Shown here: one piece after another, positions 1 through 8,826 of the stretch
Layout: every line of letters starts with the position of its first letter
How positions within the stretch are numbered: position 1 is the first letter of the stretch
From: a virus
Virus record (IMG/VR): IMGVR_UViG_3300045988_116051
Strand: one strand, 5' to 3'
Length of the DNA: 41,371 nucleotides
Made by a program: the position numbers and the translations under genes
Notes under the pieces: generated by a model
The model's database searches: none
Told to the model about the DNA's origin: nothing
Seen by the model: the letters and a program-made list of their open reading frames with translations, nothing else

Positions 1-141
1 CGGGGACGCCAACCAGTACCACTGTGCAGAGCCGCCACCGTTGTTCATTTTTTTGATCCGGCTGGCATTGTCCGTAAAAATCGGGTACTGCCGCGCATTG
101 CCCGTCGTGCGCTCCGTGGCCGGTGAGTAGCTCGATTCGCC
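1..141. repeat. Terminal direct repeat, copy A (identical to 41231..41371); circular-assembly overlap
   Basis: Read by eye: cggggacgccaaccagtaccactgtgcagagccgcc...ctcgattcgcc occurs at both window ends, 141/141 identical. Confidence 0.95.
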
Positions 142-1014
142 GAACATCTCAAACGTCAACGGCAACCAGAGTTTGTGTCCGCTCCATTTTCCGTTTGTTG
201 TGTTATTGCCGGTACCGTACCATTTGTACGCCGTTTTGATCACGGATTTCAGGTCGGAGGGCAGGGAGTTGTAAATGCTACCATTCAGCGTGGAGCAGAG
301 GGCGCTGGACGGAAAACCCCCGCTGTTTGTATCACTGCCGTTCATCTGATACGTTTTGTACAGCAGGTTTTTACACAAAAACGTCACGGCGGCTTTTTTT
401 GCCGTCGTTGCGCCGGACAAATAGTCGTGATCGAAGTCGGCGATTTGCAGTGTCATAGTCCCGATGCCCGACAGCGTAACATCTTTTGTGTCACCCAGCG
501 CAAACATTTTACCCAGCACACCAGCCGTGCCCAGCGTGTCAATTTGTGCCCAGCTCAGGTCGTTCAGCGGGAGCAAGGAGAGATACTGGACCTTCTGCGT
601 GTCGATAGCGACACTTTTGCTTTTCACAGCCCCGGAGATGGTAGCCGAAAATGTCCAATCTCCGTATGGTAACCCCTTAAAGGTTGCCATGCCGTTAAGC
701 GCCGCCACCGCCGTTTTTGTGTCGCTCCCGCTCTGTGCGGTCACGGTGACACCGCTGGAAGCCAGAACATAGGTAACGCCAAGGATGCCCGCCAGAATTT
801 TGAATGCATCGTCCGGCGTAGCGGTTGGCGGAAGCAAAAGTTCCGTTTTTGTGTCGTCGTGGAGCAGACCGGCCAGTTTCTTGTCCAGGCTACCGGCGAA
901 CCGGTCAATTTTGTCCCAGTTGTCATTGAGCATAGTTTGGACATTAAACGTGTCCGCTCCGTCCGTGGTTGGATTTTTTTTGAGTAGTTCCAGGTTTTCA
1001 GTGTTGCTTGCCAT
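1..1014 (-). CDS. Tail fibre / receptor-binding protein, DGR target gene, N-terminal 338 codons; continues across the circular junction into 41123..41230
   Basis: Manual translation of the minus strand from ATG 1014..1012 (RBS AGGAGGG 7 nt upstream). The frame is open to base 1: MASNTENLELLKKNPTTDGADTFNVQTMLNDNWDKIDRFAGSLDKK...GNARQYPIFTDNASRIKKMNNGGGSAQWYWLASP. The ORF track misses it because it has no stop inside the window. It sits directly after the baseplate genes. Confidence 0.85.
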   Translation of the reverse strand, partial: MASNTENLELLKKNPTTDGADTFNVQTMLNDNWDKIDRFAGSLDKKLAGLLHDDTKTELLLPPTATPDDAFKILAGILGVTYVLASSGVTVTAQSGSDTKTAVAALNGMATFKGLPYGDWTFSATISGAVKSKSVAIDTQKVQYLSLLPLNDLSWAQIDTLGTAGVLGKMFALGDTKDVTLSGIGTMTLQIADFDHDYLSGATTAKKAAVTFLCKNLLYKTYQMNGSDTNSGGFPSSALCSTLNGSIYNSLPSDLKSVIKTAYKWYGTGNNTTNGKWSGHKLWLPLTFEMFGESSYSPATERTTGNARQYPIFTDNASRIKKMNNGGGSAQWYWLASP

Positions 1015-1015
1015 A

Positions 1016-1558
1016 TTAGGTCCCTCCTGCAAAACTGGATAGTGGCGTGGCGTTGAGTTCAGCCAGGGTCATTACCTCATGGACCTCCCGAATGAGGAGG
1101 TAACGGTAGGCGTAATTTACATAGATATGTGCCGGGACAGCGCGGATGATGGCGTTTTTTAGGTCCTGGATGTTCGCCGGGACACCCACATCTCCGATAA
1201 ATTTCAGGGTGAGTTCGCCGGGGGTGTAGGTGCAGATAACGCCGCCCGCCTGCCACGCATCGCAGATGCTCTGCATGGTTTCCAGGGACGGTTTCTGGGC
1301 GATGTTGTAGGCCGCTTGGATGGCCGCCCGACGGTCGGACAGGGCCTTATTTTCGTCCTGTTCCAGGCCCAGCAGGCGCTCATAGTAGCGCACACGCTCG
1401 ATGGGCAGCTCGTCAAAATTTTCGGCGTTGTAGATGGCGACAATTCGGTCTGCCAGAGCGTCCAGGGTCACGCCGCCCGCCGTCATGACGGCCTCGATCC
1501 AGGGGTCCTTTTGCAGTATCCAATGGAGCTGCCGTAAGGCGTAATCTTTAACTAACAA
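1016..1558 (-). CDS. Baseplate/tail protein, XkdU / DUF2313-like
   Basis: 180 aa. It follows baseplate J, and the ...RYYERLLGL...SDRRAAI... pattern is typical of this family. Confidence 0.6.
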   Translation of the reverse strand: MLVKDYALRQLHWILQKDPWIEAVMTAGGVTLDALADRIVAIYNAENFDELPIERVRYYERLLGLEQDENKALSDRRAAIQAAYNIAQKPSLETMQSICDAWQAGGVICTYTPGELTLKFIGDVGVPANIQDLKNAIIRAVPAHIYVNYAYRYLLIREVHEVMTLAELNATPLSSFAGGT

Positions 1559-2624
1559 CGGTCAAAGTCACCTCCCCCAGCATCGGTGTCTCCCGGTCGC
1601 CCAGGGCTACGTTGGTCGTGCCGCCCGCAACAGTCAGGTTGCTGTGGTCCAATACGCCCTCGGTCGCGTTGATGCGGCTGGCGATCTGGGAGTAGGAGAC
1701 GTAGGTGCCGGTTTTCTCAAAGGCCAGGCCCCGCAGATACTCGGTCAGAGCGGCCTGCACTTTGGTTTTTACGGTCCCGATGCTGGCCCCGTCGGCTAGG
1801 GTGATTTTCGCCACCACGTCGATGTATTTCGCCGTCCCCGTGGTCACCGTGCAGACCGCCCCGATAGGCGCTTCCCCCACGCCGTCCCCGTTGTGGTTGG
1901 GGTCGATGAGGGTCTGCACCTGCTGGATGAGGGGAGTGCCTGCCGGTTCCTGGTTGGCGTCCAGGATGCAAACTTCCACCGTGTTCTTGCCCTGGGCCTG
2001 GGGGAAAATTTTCACCCGGCCCACCCCGGCGACAGAGGTCGCCCAGGCGATGTATGCCTGTTGGTTGGCCCCGTTGTTGGGGTTTTGCAGGTCGTCGTAG
2101 TAGCGCTCCCGAAGCTCGTCATCTGTCTCGCTGTCATAGCCACCGCTGGACGGCTCCGGGTTGGTCACCGCCGAAATGCCCGCGATGGTGATGGGCATGT
2201 AGGTGATCGTGTTGGCGTCCACGTTGCCGGTCTCCCCGGCGTTGTAGGCCCGCACAGTAAATTTGCTCCCGGCCTCCACGTCGCTGTCGGCAATGGCATA
2301 AAACTGCACGCCGCTCTCGGTGGAGAATAAATCGCCCGCCGAAATGCTGCCCGCCCCCGTGACCACCTGCATCTCTGCCGTGGCGTAGGTGGCGTATTTG
2401 CGGATAATCCCACGATGCTGTTTCACAAACTCATCCAGGGCCACCCCGGTGAGGTTGTCCACGTTCAGGTTTGCTTCCGCCGTGGCGATGTCATCGTCCA
2501 GGGACAGCACCGCCTGGGCAAAGGCCGCCGTGAAATCGTAGGCCGGAAACCCGGCTGTTTTCTGGTATCGGTCAGGGATGCGGGCCAGCATCTCCCGATG
2601 TACCGTGTCAAAATTAAGGGACAA
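1548..2624 (-). CDS. Baseplate J-like protein (XkdT analogue)
   Basis: 358 aa. Synteny, plus the NPEPSSGGYDSETDDELRERY motif typical of Baseplate_J. Confidence 0.75.
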   Translation of the reverse strand: MSLNFDTVHREMLARIPDRYQKTAGFPAYDFTAAFAQAVLSLDDDIATAEANLNVDNLTGVALDEFVKQHRGIIRKYATYATAEMQVVTGAGSISAGDLFSTESGVQFYAIADSDVEAGSKFTVRAYNAGETGNVDANTITYMPITIAGISAVTNPEPSSGGYDSETDDELRERYYDDLQNPNNGANQQAYIAWATSVAGVGRVKIFPQAQGKNTVEVCILDANQEPAGTPLIQQVQTLIDPNHNGDGVGEAPIGAVCTVTTGTAKYIDVVAKITLADGASIGTVKTKVQAALTEYLRGLAFEKTGTYVSYSQIASRINATEGVLDHSNLTVAGGTTNVALGDRETPMLGEVTLTVVS

Positions 2625-3042
2625 TCTGGATCACCTCCGTGATGCCGTCGTCGTTGTCTTCCAGGGTCAGGGTGCATTGGATCGTCTCACCGTCGTAGCG
2701 CATCTGTCCCACGTCCCGGATGCCTGGGTTGTAGGCGGCGGACTCTGCCAGATGGCGGCGCAACTCTGACAAATCGTAACCCTTCGGGGCCTTCTGGCCG
2801 ATCAAATCCTGCACGGGCGCTCCGAAATCCGCCGGGTAAATGGGAGAGCGCCCCTGCCGCGTGCGGACCACCAGCTGCACCCACTCTTTGATGGCCGCCA
2901 CACCGTAGACCAGGACGGGCGTCCCGTCCTGCATCCGGAGCCGCTGATTCTGCCAGTCGAACGCAAATCCCATCCCGATCTCCGTCTCCGGGCGGGTGGC
3001 AGTCATAGCCTCCTGCTCCTGGGCCACTGCATCGAATAACAT
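2614..3042 (-). CDS. Baseplate protein, XkdS / DUF2634-like
   Basis: 142 aa, sits immediately upstream of baseplate J. Confidence 0.55.
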   Translation of the reverse strand: MLFDAVAQEQEAMTATRPETEIGMGFAFDWQNQRLRMQDGTPVLVYGVAAIKEWVQLVVRTRQGRSPIYPADFGAPVQDLIGQKAPKGYDLSELRRHLAESAAYNPGIRDVGQMRYDGETIQCTLTLEDNDDGITEVIQIVP

Positions 3043-3341
3043 TAGATCACCCCCAGCAGTAGGATCGTCTGCCCGCCGGCAGACTTGCCAAAGGGGTCGC
3101 CCACCAAGGCAACGGTCTGGGGCGCGTACACCTGCGGCACATGGTCCAGCACCCGCAGCTGCTCCGCCCGCAGGATGATCTGCCCGTCAAAGGCGGTGAC
3201 GATCAGGGGGCCGGAGTAGCTGACCTCCCCTTTGTTGTTGACTGTGCGAATGGGGGACTGCACTGTCCCGGCAAACCAGGCGTAGGTCGTGGGGTTGTCC
3301 CGTTCCTTAAATTGTTTTGCAATTTGATGTTCCCAGCTCAT
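3042..3341 (-). CDS. Baseplate protein, XkdR / DUF2577-like
   Basis: 99 aa, called by PBSX-like synteny. Confidence 0.5.
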   Translation of the reverse strand: MSWEHQIAKQFKERDNPTTYAWFAGTVQSPIRTVNNKGEVSYSGPLIVTAFDGQIILRAEQLRVLDHVPQVYAPQTVALVGDPFGKSAGGQTILLLGVI

Positions 3342-4903
3342 TGGTCACACCTCTCCATCGTTAGAGTCATCATGTGTACAGGGGCCAGCTCATGGCTCAC
3401 GGCAGTTACCCAAAACTCGCCCACCTCATCGGGGATGTTCACTTTCATCCGGCACCCGGCAACGACCTTGTCGCTCCCGTACACCCGGCAGCTAAACGTC
3501 TCTTTCGTCCGATTCTTCTTCCCCAGCATGTTTTTTGCCTTGGCCGTGGCGCTCACCGTGTCGCTGTCGGAAAACGTCTCCAGCGCCGTGCGTTTGCCGT
3601 AGCGCTTGATGCTCGCCTCACTGGAGGCCACGCCCTGGATGGAAACGGTATCGTCCTGCTCCGAGTAGACGGTAATGTGGTTCCGCAAGTCGGAAATGTC
3701 CCAGGACACCTGGGGGCTTGCGATCTCCTGCATCACGTCAAACGCTGCCAGGTTGCTCTCCTGCCGGTACCACGCCGTGATGCACTTCTGAGCGTAAGAG
3801 CGGATCACCAGGGTGTTTCCCATCATCCGGGGAAAATAGGTCACGCCGTTCTCGCTGGTCACGGTCTCCAAAATCTTTTGGATGATGTTGCTGGTCGTGT
3901 CCTTCTCCGTGCCATACACGGAAGAAATCAGGTTCGGGCAGCTGATACGCTGGATTCCGACCTTGTTGGCCAGCTGAGACAGTGCATCTTTCGCCGGGAT
4001 GTTGTTGAACTGCATAATCACATCGTTGGTGGTCAGCAGCCGCCCCGCGTCGTGGCACACGATGCTCATACTCTCGCTGTAACTCCCGCTCACGCTCTGC
4101 ACCTGCCCCAGGAAAATGCACTCCCCAGAGGCCAGGTTGCTCACGCTGACCAAATCCCCGCACTGGATCCGCAGCGGCGGGAAGAATTTCTCCCCCCGTG
4201 CTTGGAGTACGGAAAACGTAAACTCCACCGCCACGCTTTCGGAATCGTCCGTCAGGGTAGGGGAGCCGCAGCGATCCGTGATATCCCGCGTCCTGCCGTT
4301 GTTGCCCAGGGCCTGCCACACGATTTTATAGCGGTCCGGGTTTTTGTACGGGGTATCATCCGCATATACCGTGTAAATTTTCTCGGTCTGCGGAATGTGG
4401 ATCACGGTGACTTTTTCATCCGCCTCATCCGTGGTGGCTGAAAACCCGTCTGTCCCGGCGGAAGCAATCGGCCCGCCGGTGTACTTGCCCGCCGTGTCGC
4501 TGTATTTGACGTAGTTGGACGGGTTGACCGGCGTCCCGTTGACGTGTACCTCAAAATGGAGGTGATACCCAGTCACGCCGCCGGTGTTGCCCACCCTGGC
4601 AATGGTCTGTCCAGCCTGGACAGTTTGGCCCAGCTTGACGCCGATGCTGGAACAGTGCTGGTACAGCGTCGAGATGCCGCCGCCGTGGTTGATGATGCAA
4701 AATTTGCCCCTAGCCTTGGAGGTCCAGACCTTCGTCACGTTGCCCCCACGGGCCGCAATGATCGGCGTCCCGTTGGAGGCCGGAATGTCGATGCCTGCAT
4801 GGTTGCTGGATGACATGCCGTTAGACGTCTTGAAAGACTTCCGGTAGCCAAAGGGGGACGATATGCGACTGTAACCCGGCACCGGCCAAATCATCTGTCC
4901 CAT
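3338..4903 (-). CDS. Tail protein with an N-terminal M23 peptidase domain fused to an XkdQ-like baseplate hub domain
   Basis: M23 motifs HAGIDIPA and GYHLHFEVHVNG. 521 aa, downstream of the tape measure gene. Confidence 0.75.
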   Translation of the reverse strand: MGQMIWPVPGYSRISSPFGYRKSFKTSNGMSSSNHAGIDIPASNGTPIIAARGGNVTKVWTSKARGKFCIINHGGGISTLYQHCSSIGVKLGQTVQAGQTIARVGNTGGVTGYHLHFEVHVNGTPVNPSNYVKYSDTAGKYTGGPIASAGTDGFSATTDEADEKVTVIHIPQTEKIYTVYADDTPYKNPDRYKIVWQALGNNGRTRDITDRCGSPTLTDDSESVAVEFTFSVLQARGEKFFPPLRIQCGDLVSVSNLASGECIFLGQVQSVSGSYSESMSIVCHDAGRLLTTNDVIMQFNNIPAKDALSQLANKVGIQRISCPNLISSVYGTEKDTTSNIIQKILETVTSENGVTYFPRMMGNTLVIRSYAQKCITAWYRQESNLAAFDVMQEIASPQVSWDISDLRNHITVYSEQDDTVSIQGVASSEASIKRYGKRTALETFSDSDTVSATAKAKNMLGKKNRTKETFSCRVYGSDKVVAGCRMKVNIPDEVGEFWVTAVSHELAPVHMMTLTMERCDQ

Positions 4904-4916
4904 GTTCGTCCCCCTC

Positions 4917-5852
4917 TCAGTTTGGATATGGTGAGCTTACGCTCTTAAAATTCCAGCGCTGTGCCCGTTTGCAGGGCCAGCTTGGGTAAAACCAGTTATG
5001 GCTTCCGTCCCCGGCATACCACTTGTATTGCTTGGGAAGCACCCGGCCCACGTTGGTCTGCCCGGCTTTCTCCCGGCTCCAACGATCCAGTACGTCGGTG
5101 GCCAGGGCCACCAGGTCATAGCCGTGGTCACTGACTGTCGGCGCACCAGCTTTGTAATAAAACTGATTCGCCGCCAGGGCCACCGACTGGATGTTTTTTC
5201 CCATGCCCGCATCCACGCGGTTCAGGATACACCAGGCGATGCAGGCGATCTCCGTTTTGCTTTTGATGCCCCGTGCTTCGCCGTACATGATTTTTGCGAT
5301 GATGGTAGCATCGCTCTTGGTGTACCGTTTGGTAAATGCCCCCCCGCTGGAGGAGCCGGTACTTGCGCTGAGCTGTGCCGCCGTCTGGGTTTTCTCGCCC
5401 GCTGCGTCTTGTGGCTTGCTCAGGGTAGCGGCGGAACCGTTGGCGAATCGGTACTCTTTGAAGTCAATGGTGTATCCGATGTCCCCGGCTTGGTCGAGCC
5501 AATACTCAAAATTTTCTACCGTCACGGGGAGATTGAATACCTCCTGGCTGTTGTTATCCAGGTGCAGCGCCCGAAACGGGATTTTCCGTTTTCGGACTGC
5601 TTCAATGACCCGGACATAGTGCCAGCCGTTGATGCTGGAATAGGGGCGGAGGAACGAGTAGCGTTTCAGCGGGAAAAAGCTTGTGATGCTGAAGGTGGCC
5701 AATTTCATGTTACCCAGCGCTTGCAGTTCGTGGTTGATGCCGTCGAAACTCTGGTTGTCCTGGTCCCTGGAAAGCTGGATGCCCGCATTGGGCACCACCG
5801 GGAAAACCAGCACTTCTTCCTTATTGTTGTAGCTCAGAGTAAAATCCATCAA
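4917..5852 (-). CDS. Tail protein (XkdP position) with a C-terminal SleB/CwlJ-type cell-wall hydrolase domain
   Basis: MYGEARGIKSKTEIACIAWCILNRV...ANQFYY resembles the Hydrolase_2 (SleB) signature. Confidence 0.65.
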   Translation of the reverse strand: MMDFTLSYNNKEEVLVFPVVPNAGIQLSRDQDNQSFDGINHELQALGNMKLATFSITSFFPLKRYSFLRPYSSINGWHYVRVIEAVRKRKIPFRALHLDNNSQEVFNLPVTVENFEYWLDQAGDIGYTIDFKEYRFANGSAATLSKPQDAAGEKTQTAAQLSASTGSSSGGAFTKRYTKSDATIIAKIMYGEARGIKSKTEIACIAWCILNRVDAGMGKNIQSVALAANQFYYKAGAPTVSDHGYDLVALATDVLDRWSREKAGQTNVGRVLPKQYKWYAGDGSHNWFYPSWPCKRAQRWNFKSVSSPYPN

Positions 5853-7084
5853 ACCACCCCCTGGGCCACCAAAATCTTGTTGGCAATGTACGCGCCGGTC
5901 TGCTCCATAAACGCCCGGTTGCCGATCACGTTCCCTTGGATCGTCACCTGCACAGAAATGTTGTTGGCCTTCTGTTGCTTTTTCGCAACATCATGGGGGA
6001 TGATCTGCGTCCCGTTGGGCAGGTTCATGATCTCACCACGCCCGCCCTCATTCACGCGGGTCAGACCACCCCGGAAATACGGGGTGCCGGTGGCCTTGCC
6101 GCCGTTGGCGGAGAGGGAATATTGGCTCCCGTTGTTGGCAGAGCTGCCAAAGCCCAGGTTTTTCAGGCCGTTTTTGATTTTGTCGATCAGGTCGATCATC
6201 GGCTGCAAAAACTCGCGGATTTTTTCAACAGCAGACTTGATTTTCTGCTTGATCTTGTCGAACACTCCAACGATTTCGTTTTTCATCTGGACGAAAGCAT
6301 ATCCGAGCGTCAAAACGAAGTTTTTAATACCGTTGCCGAGTTTGTTGACGAAATTCCGGAAGGTCTCACTTTTCTGGTATAGCTTCACAAAAACGCCCGC
6401 CAGAAGTAAACCGATGGTAATTGCAAGACCGACCGGTCCCATCAGAGCCGTCAAACCGCTTCCTGCCAACTTAATGACGGCAATCGCGCTTTTCGCCGCC
6501 TTGACCACTGTCATGACTTTTCCTGCAATGTCCGCAACGATGGAAAGCGCAGATACGGCCGCAACGACTTTCAGGATCAGTGGGATGATGGTGTCGGCGT
6601 TTTGAATTAACGCCATGACCACCGGCTTGACGTAGCCCCAGACGGTAGAAATACCGGTTTCGATCTTCTGAATTGCCGCCGTGATCTTGTCGGAATACTG
6701 GCTCACGTCGATACTCTCGATTTTTGCCTTGAACGCCTCCGACTTCTGCATGATCCACTCCAGCGCAGACCCGGACCGGATGCTCCCGTCCTCTGCCACG
6801 CCGAACAGCTCCCACAGCTTTCCTTTGGCGATCACGCTGGCCTCGCCCAGAGTTCCCGTTACCTTTTGCATAGCAACTTCACTCTGCCGAGCTTTTACCA
6901 ACGCCTTGTTGTTTTCGTAAAACGCCGCCGCCGCCCCTTCGTAGGTTCCGGCCAGCGTTTCCATGATTAGTTTGTTCCGGGCCGCTTCACTACCGGCAGC
7001 GGCCAACTTTTCGTTAAATTTGTCTTCCGAAATGCCCGACCAGTTCAACGCATCAGCCAAAACGCCCGTGACCTGTCCAACTTT
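5849..7084 (-). CDS. Tape measure protein, exon 2 (411 aa)
   Basis: The frame stays open upstream of the track start: KVGQVTGVLADALNWSGISEDKFNEKLAAAG... It has a glycine/alanine-rich TM-like core and lies downstream of the chaperone pair. Confidence 0.8.
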   Translation of the reverse strand, partial: KVGQVTGVLADALNWSGISEDKFNEKLAAAGSEAARNKLIMETLAGTYEGAAAAFYENNKALVKARQSEVAMQKVTGTLGEASVIAKGKLWELFGVAEDGSIRSGSALEWIMQKSEAFKAKIESIDVSQYSDKITAAIQKIETGISTVWGYVKPVVMALIQNADTIIPLILKVVAAVSALSIVADIAGKVMTVVKAAKSAIAVIKLAGSGLTALMGPVGLAITIGLLLAGVFVKLYQKSETFRNFVNKLGNGIKNFVLTLGYAFVQMKNEIVGVFDKIKQKIKSAVEKIREFLQPMIDLIDKIKNGLKNLGFGSSANNGSQYSLSANGGKATGTPYFRGGLTRVNEGGRGEIMNLPNGTQIIPHDVAKKQQKANNISVQVTIQGNVIGNRAFMEQTGAYIANKILVAQGVV

Positions 7085-7319
7085 CCTTTGATACCCTCGG
7101 TTTCCCGATATTTATTAGGGGAGTAGACTATACCATCAACCACGTGGGTTGCCGATTGGTAGTCGTTGGGGGCTTCCATCATTTCTAATGGCTATCCCTG
7201 CTGATTGCCCATTGTGTCATACCCTGTACTGTTACGCTTTGGTGTCAGGGCCTTTAGGGGTTTCCAGCATATTCTCGGTTTTCTCTATACCTTTCGATAC
7301 AAAGGGCCTGTTATTGTTA
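7085..7319 (-). ncRNA. Candidate group I self-splicing intron (235 nt, no ORF) interrupting the tape measure gene
   Basis: The 5' exon ends in U (GCU|UAAC...) and the intron ends in G (...AUCAAAGG|AAAGUU). GACUA...UAGUC (P7-like) flanks a CAACC/GGUUG hairpin, with a GGUAUAGUC junction. There are three GAAA-capped hairpins. Removing it fuses the two ORFs in frame. Confidence 0.65.
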
Positions 7320-7847
7320 AGCCGTTTCATTGGTGGCCTCGATCAATCCCTCGATAGGGAGGGAATCGCCGAAGGTGCCGTTTACGCCGGCGGCGATCCG
7401 CGTCCATTTAGACACGTCCTGTTCGTTCTGGGTTAATTTGGATAAAAGCTGGGATGCCTCGGTTGCGGTGTCGGTGTCGCCCAGAATGGCATAAAATTGG
7501 CTGTACGCCTTTTGCCCTGTCTCTGCGCTGTACCCGGCGGCCTGGTAAGCCGTGTTCAGCTTACCCATGGCCTTGCGGTATTCCTCGGTGGATTCTGCCA
7601 GGCCGATAAACCCGGCAGTGATACCCGCGAACGAAATCCCAGCCAACGCCGCCGCCGCTTTCCCGATGCTCTTGATCATGTTTCCCGCGCCGGTTCGCAC
7701 CGTGCGGGAGAACTTCATGGCAGAGCTGGCACACTTGTCCATAGCCCGCCGTTGTTCATCCGTGATCTTACCAGCCTTTTTCATTTTGCTGGTGAACTGG
7801 TCGTTCAGTTTCAGGAGGATGTTAACATTCTTGTTTGCCACTGCCAA
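7320..7847 (-). CDS. Tape measure protein, exon 1 (176 aa)
   Basis: Ends ...NGTFGDSLPIEGLIEATNETA and then runs into a UAA formed by the first three intron bases. Confidence 0.8.
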
Positions 7848-8369
7848 ACATCTCCCTCATGTATTCAAGTTCCAGCTCCCAACCGATGCGCAAAAAGGCC
7901 AGCTCCAACGGCGACATTTTTACCAGGTCGTTCAGGGGCTGGCCCCTGCTTGCAAAATGGGCGATGGTCGCTAAGTCAGCGTCGCCCCTGATTAGTTTTT
8001 TAAGGCTTCCTCCTGCCCATCGCCCATTTCATCGTCAAAGTCCAGCAGGGCAGTGGCGATGTCCATGATCTCATCCGGGGTAAATAGCTTTTCCACCACG
8101 TCATAAGGCTCCACGCACTCGCAGGCCTCCTGAAGCTGCCGATCATGCAGCAAAGGGCAAGCGTCAAAAACTGCTGTGGCCTGAAGCTTCATAGCTGCCT
8201 TGCCGTCCTCGATATGGCGGCCAAAGCCCATTTTCAGGTCGTAGTATTTATCGTTCGGGAGACGCTTGATCTCCAGCTCCATGCCCTTGATGTTGATGGT
8301 TTTCGTCTTGGGCGCATTTTTCATGCTCTCTGCCTTGTTCAGCAGGGCTTGTAAATCAGCTTTTGCCAT
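7822..8369 (-). CDS. Tail assembly chaperone (XkdN-like); short form ends at 7992, long form made by a -1 programmed frameshift and ends at 7822
   Basis: The 125-aa ORF ends ...EEALKN*. The -1 frame is open for about 58 further codons (LIRGDADLATIAHFASRGQPLNDLVKMSPLELAFLRIGWELELEYMREMFGSGKQEC*). It sits between the tube and tape measure genes. Confidence 0.75.
7995..8001 (-). promoter_or_regulatory. Slippery heptamer A AAA AAC for the -1 frameshift
   Basis: The minus strand reads GCC UUA AAA AAC UAA, a canonical X XXY YYZ site directly before the stop codon. Confidence 0.7.
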
Positions 8370-8379
8370 ATTGTCCTCC

Positions 8380-8811
8380 TCAGTCGATCAGGTCCAGCAT
8401 CTCGAAGGAACCGGCCGTAAATGGCACCTCTTCCTCCAAGACGGTCTTGTTCTCGAACTTGTTCAGTGTGATCTCATCCAGATGCACGTCATACAGCGCA
8501 CAGCGCTCCGTGCCGTCGCTCTGGGGGTCGCTCAGAGAGGCCACAATTTTCACTTCCGGCAGTTCGCCGGTCATGATAGCGCCCTGATACAGTTTTAGGA
8601 TGGCACTGTCAAACTTGTGGAGGGTCATCGTACCAGAGATAGAGTATCCCATGTACCGCTTCTTCTGGCCAAAATCGCCGTTGATGTCCAGATCCTCGTA
8701 GTCGATAGACGCCTTGGCCTCAAACGATTTTACGTTGGCCATGAGTTCGCCATTGACCCACACGCGGCCAAAAGTGCCGCGGATGACTTTGTTGTGGCTG
8801 AATTTACCCAT
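8380..8811 (-). CDS. Tail tube protein (XkdM-like)
   Basis: 143 aa, immediately downstream of the sheath gene. Confidence 0.75.
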   Translation of the reverse strand: MGKFSHNKVIRGTFGRVWVNGELMANVKSFEAKASIDYEDLDINGDFGQKKRYMGYSISGTMTLHKFDSAILKLYQGAIMTGELPEVKIVASLSDPQSDGTERCALYDVHLDEITLNKFENKTVLEEEVPFTAGSFEMLDLID

Positions 8812-8826
8812 GTGTCACACCTCCTG

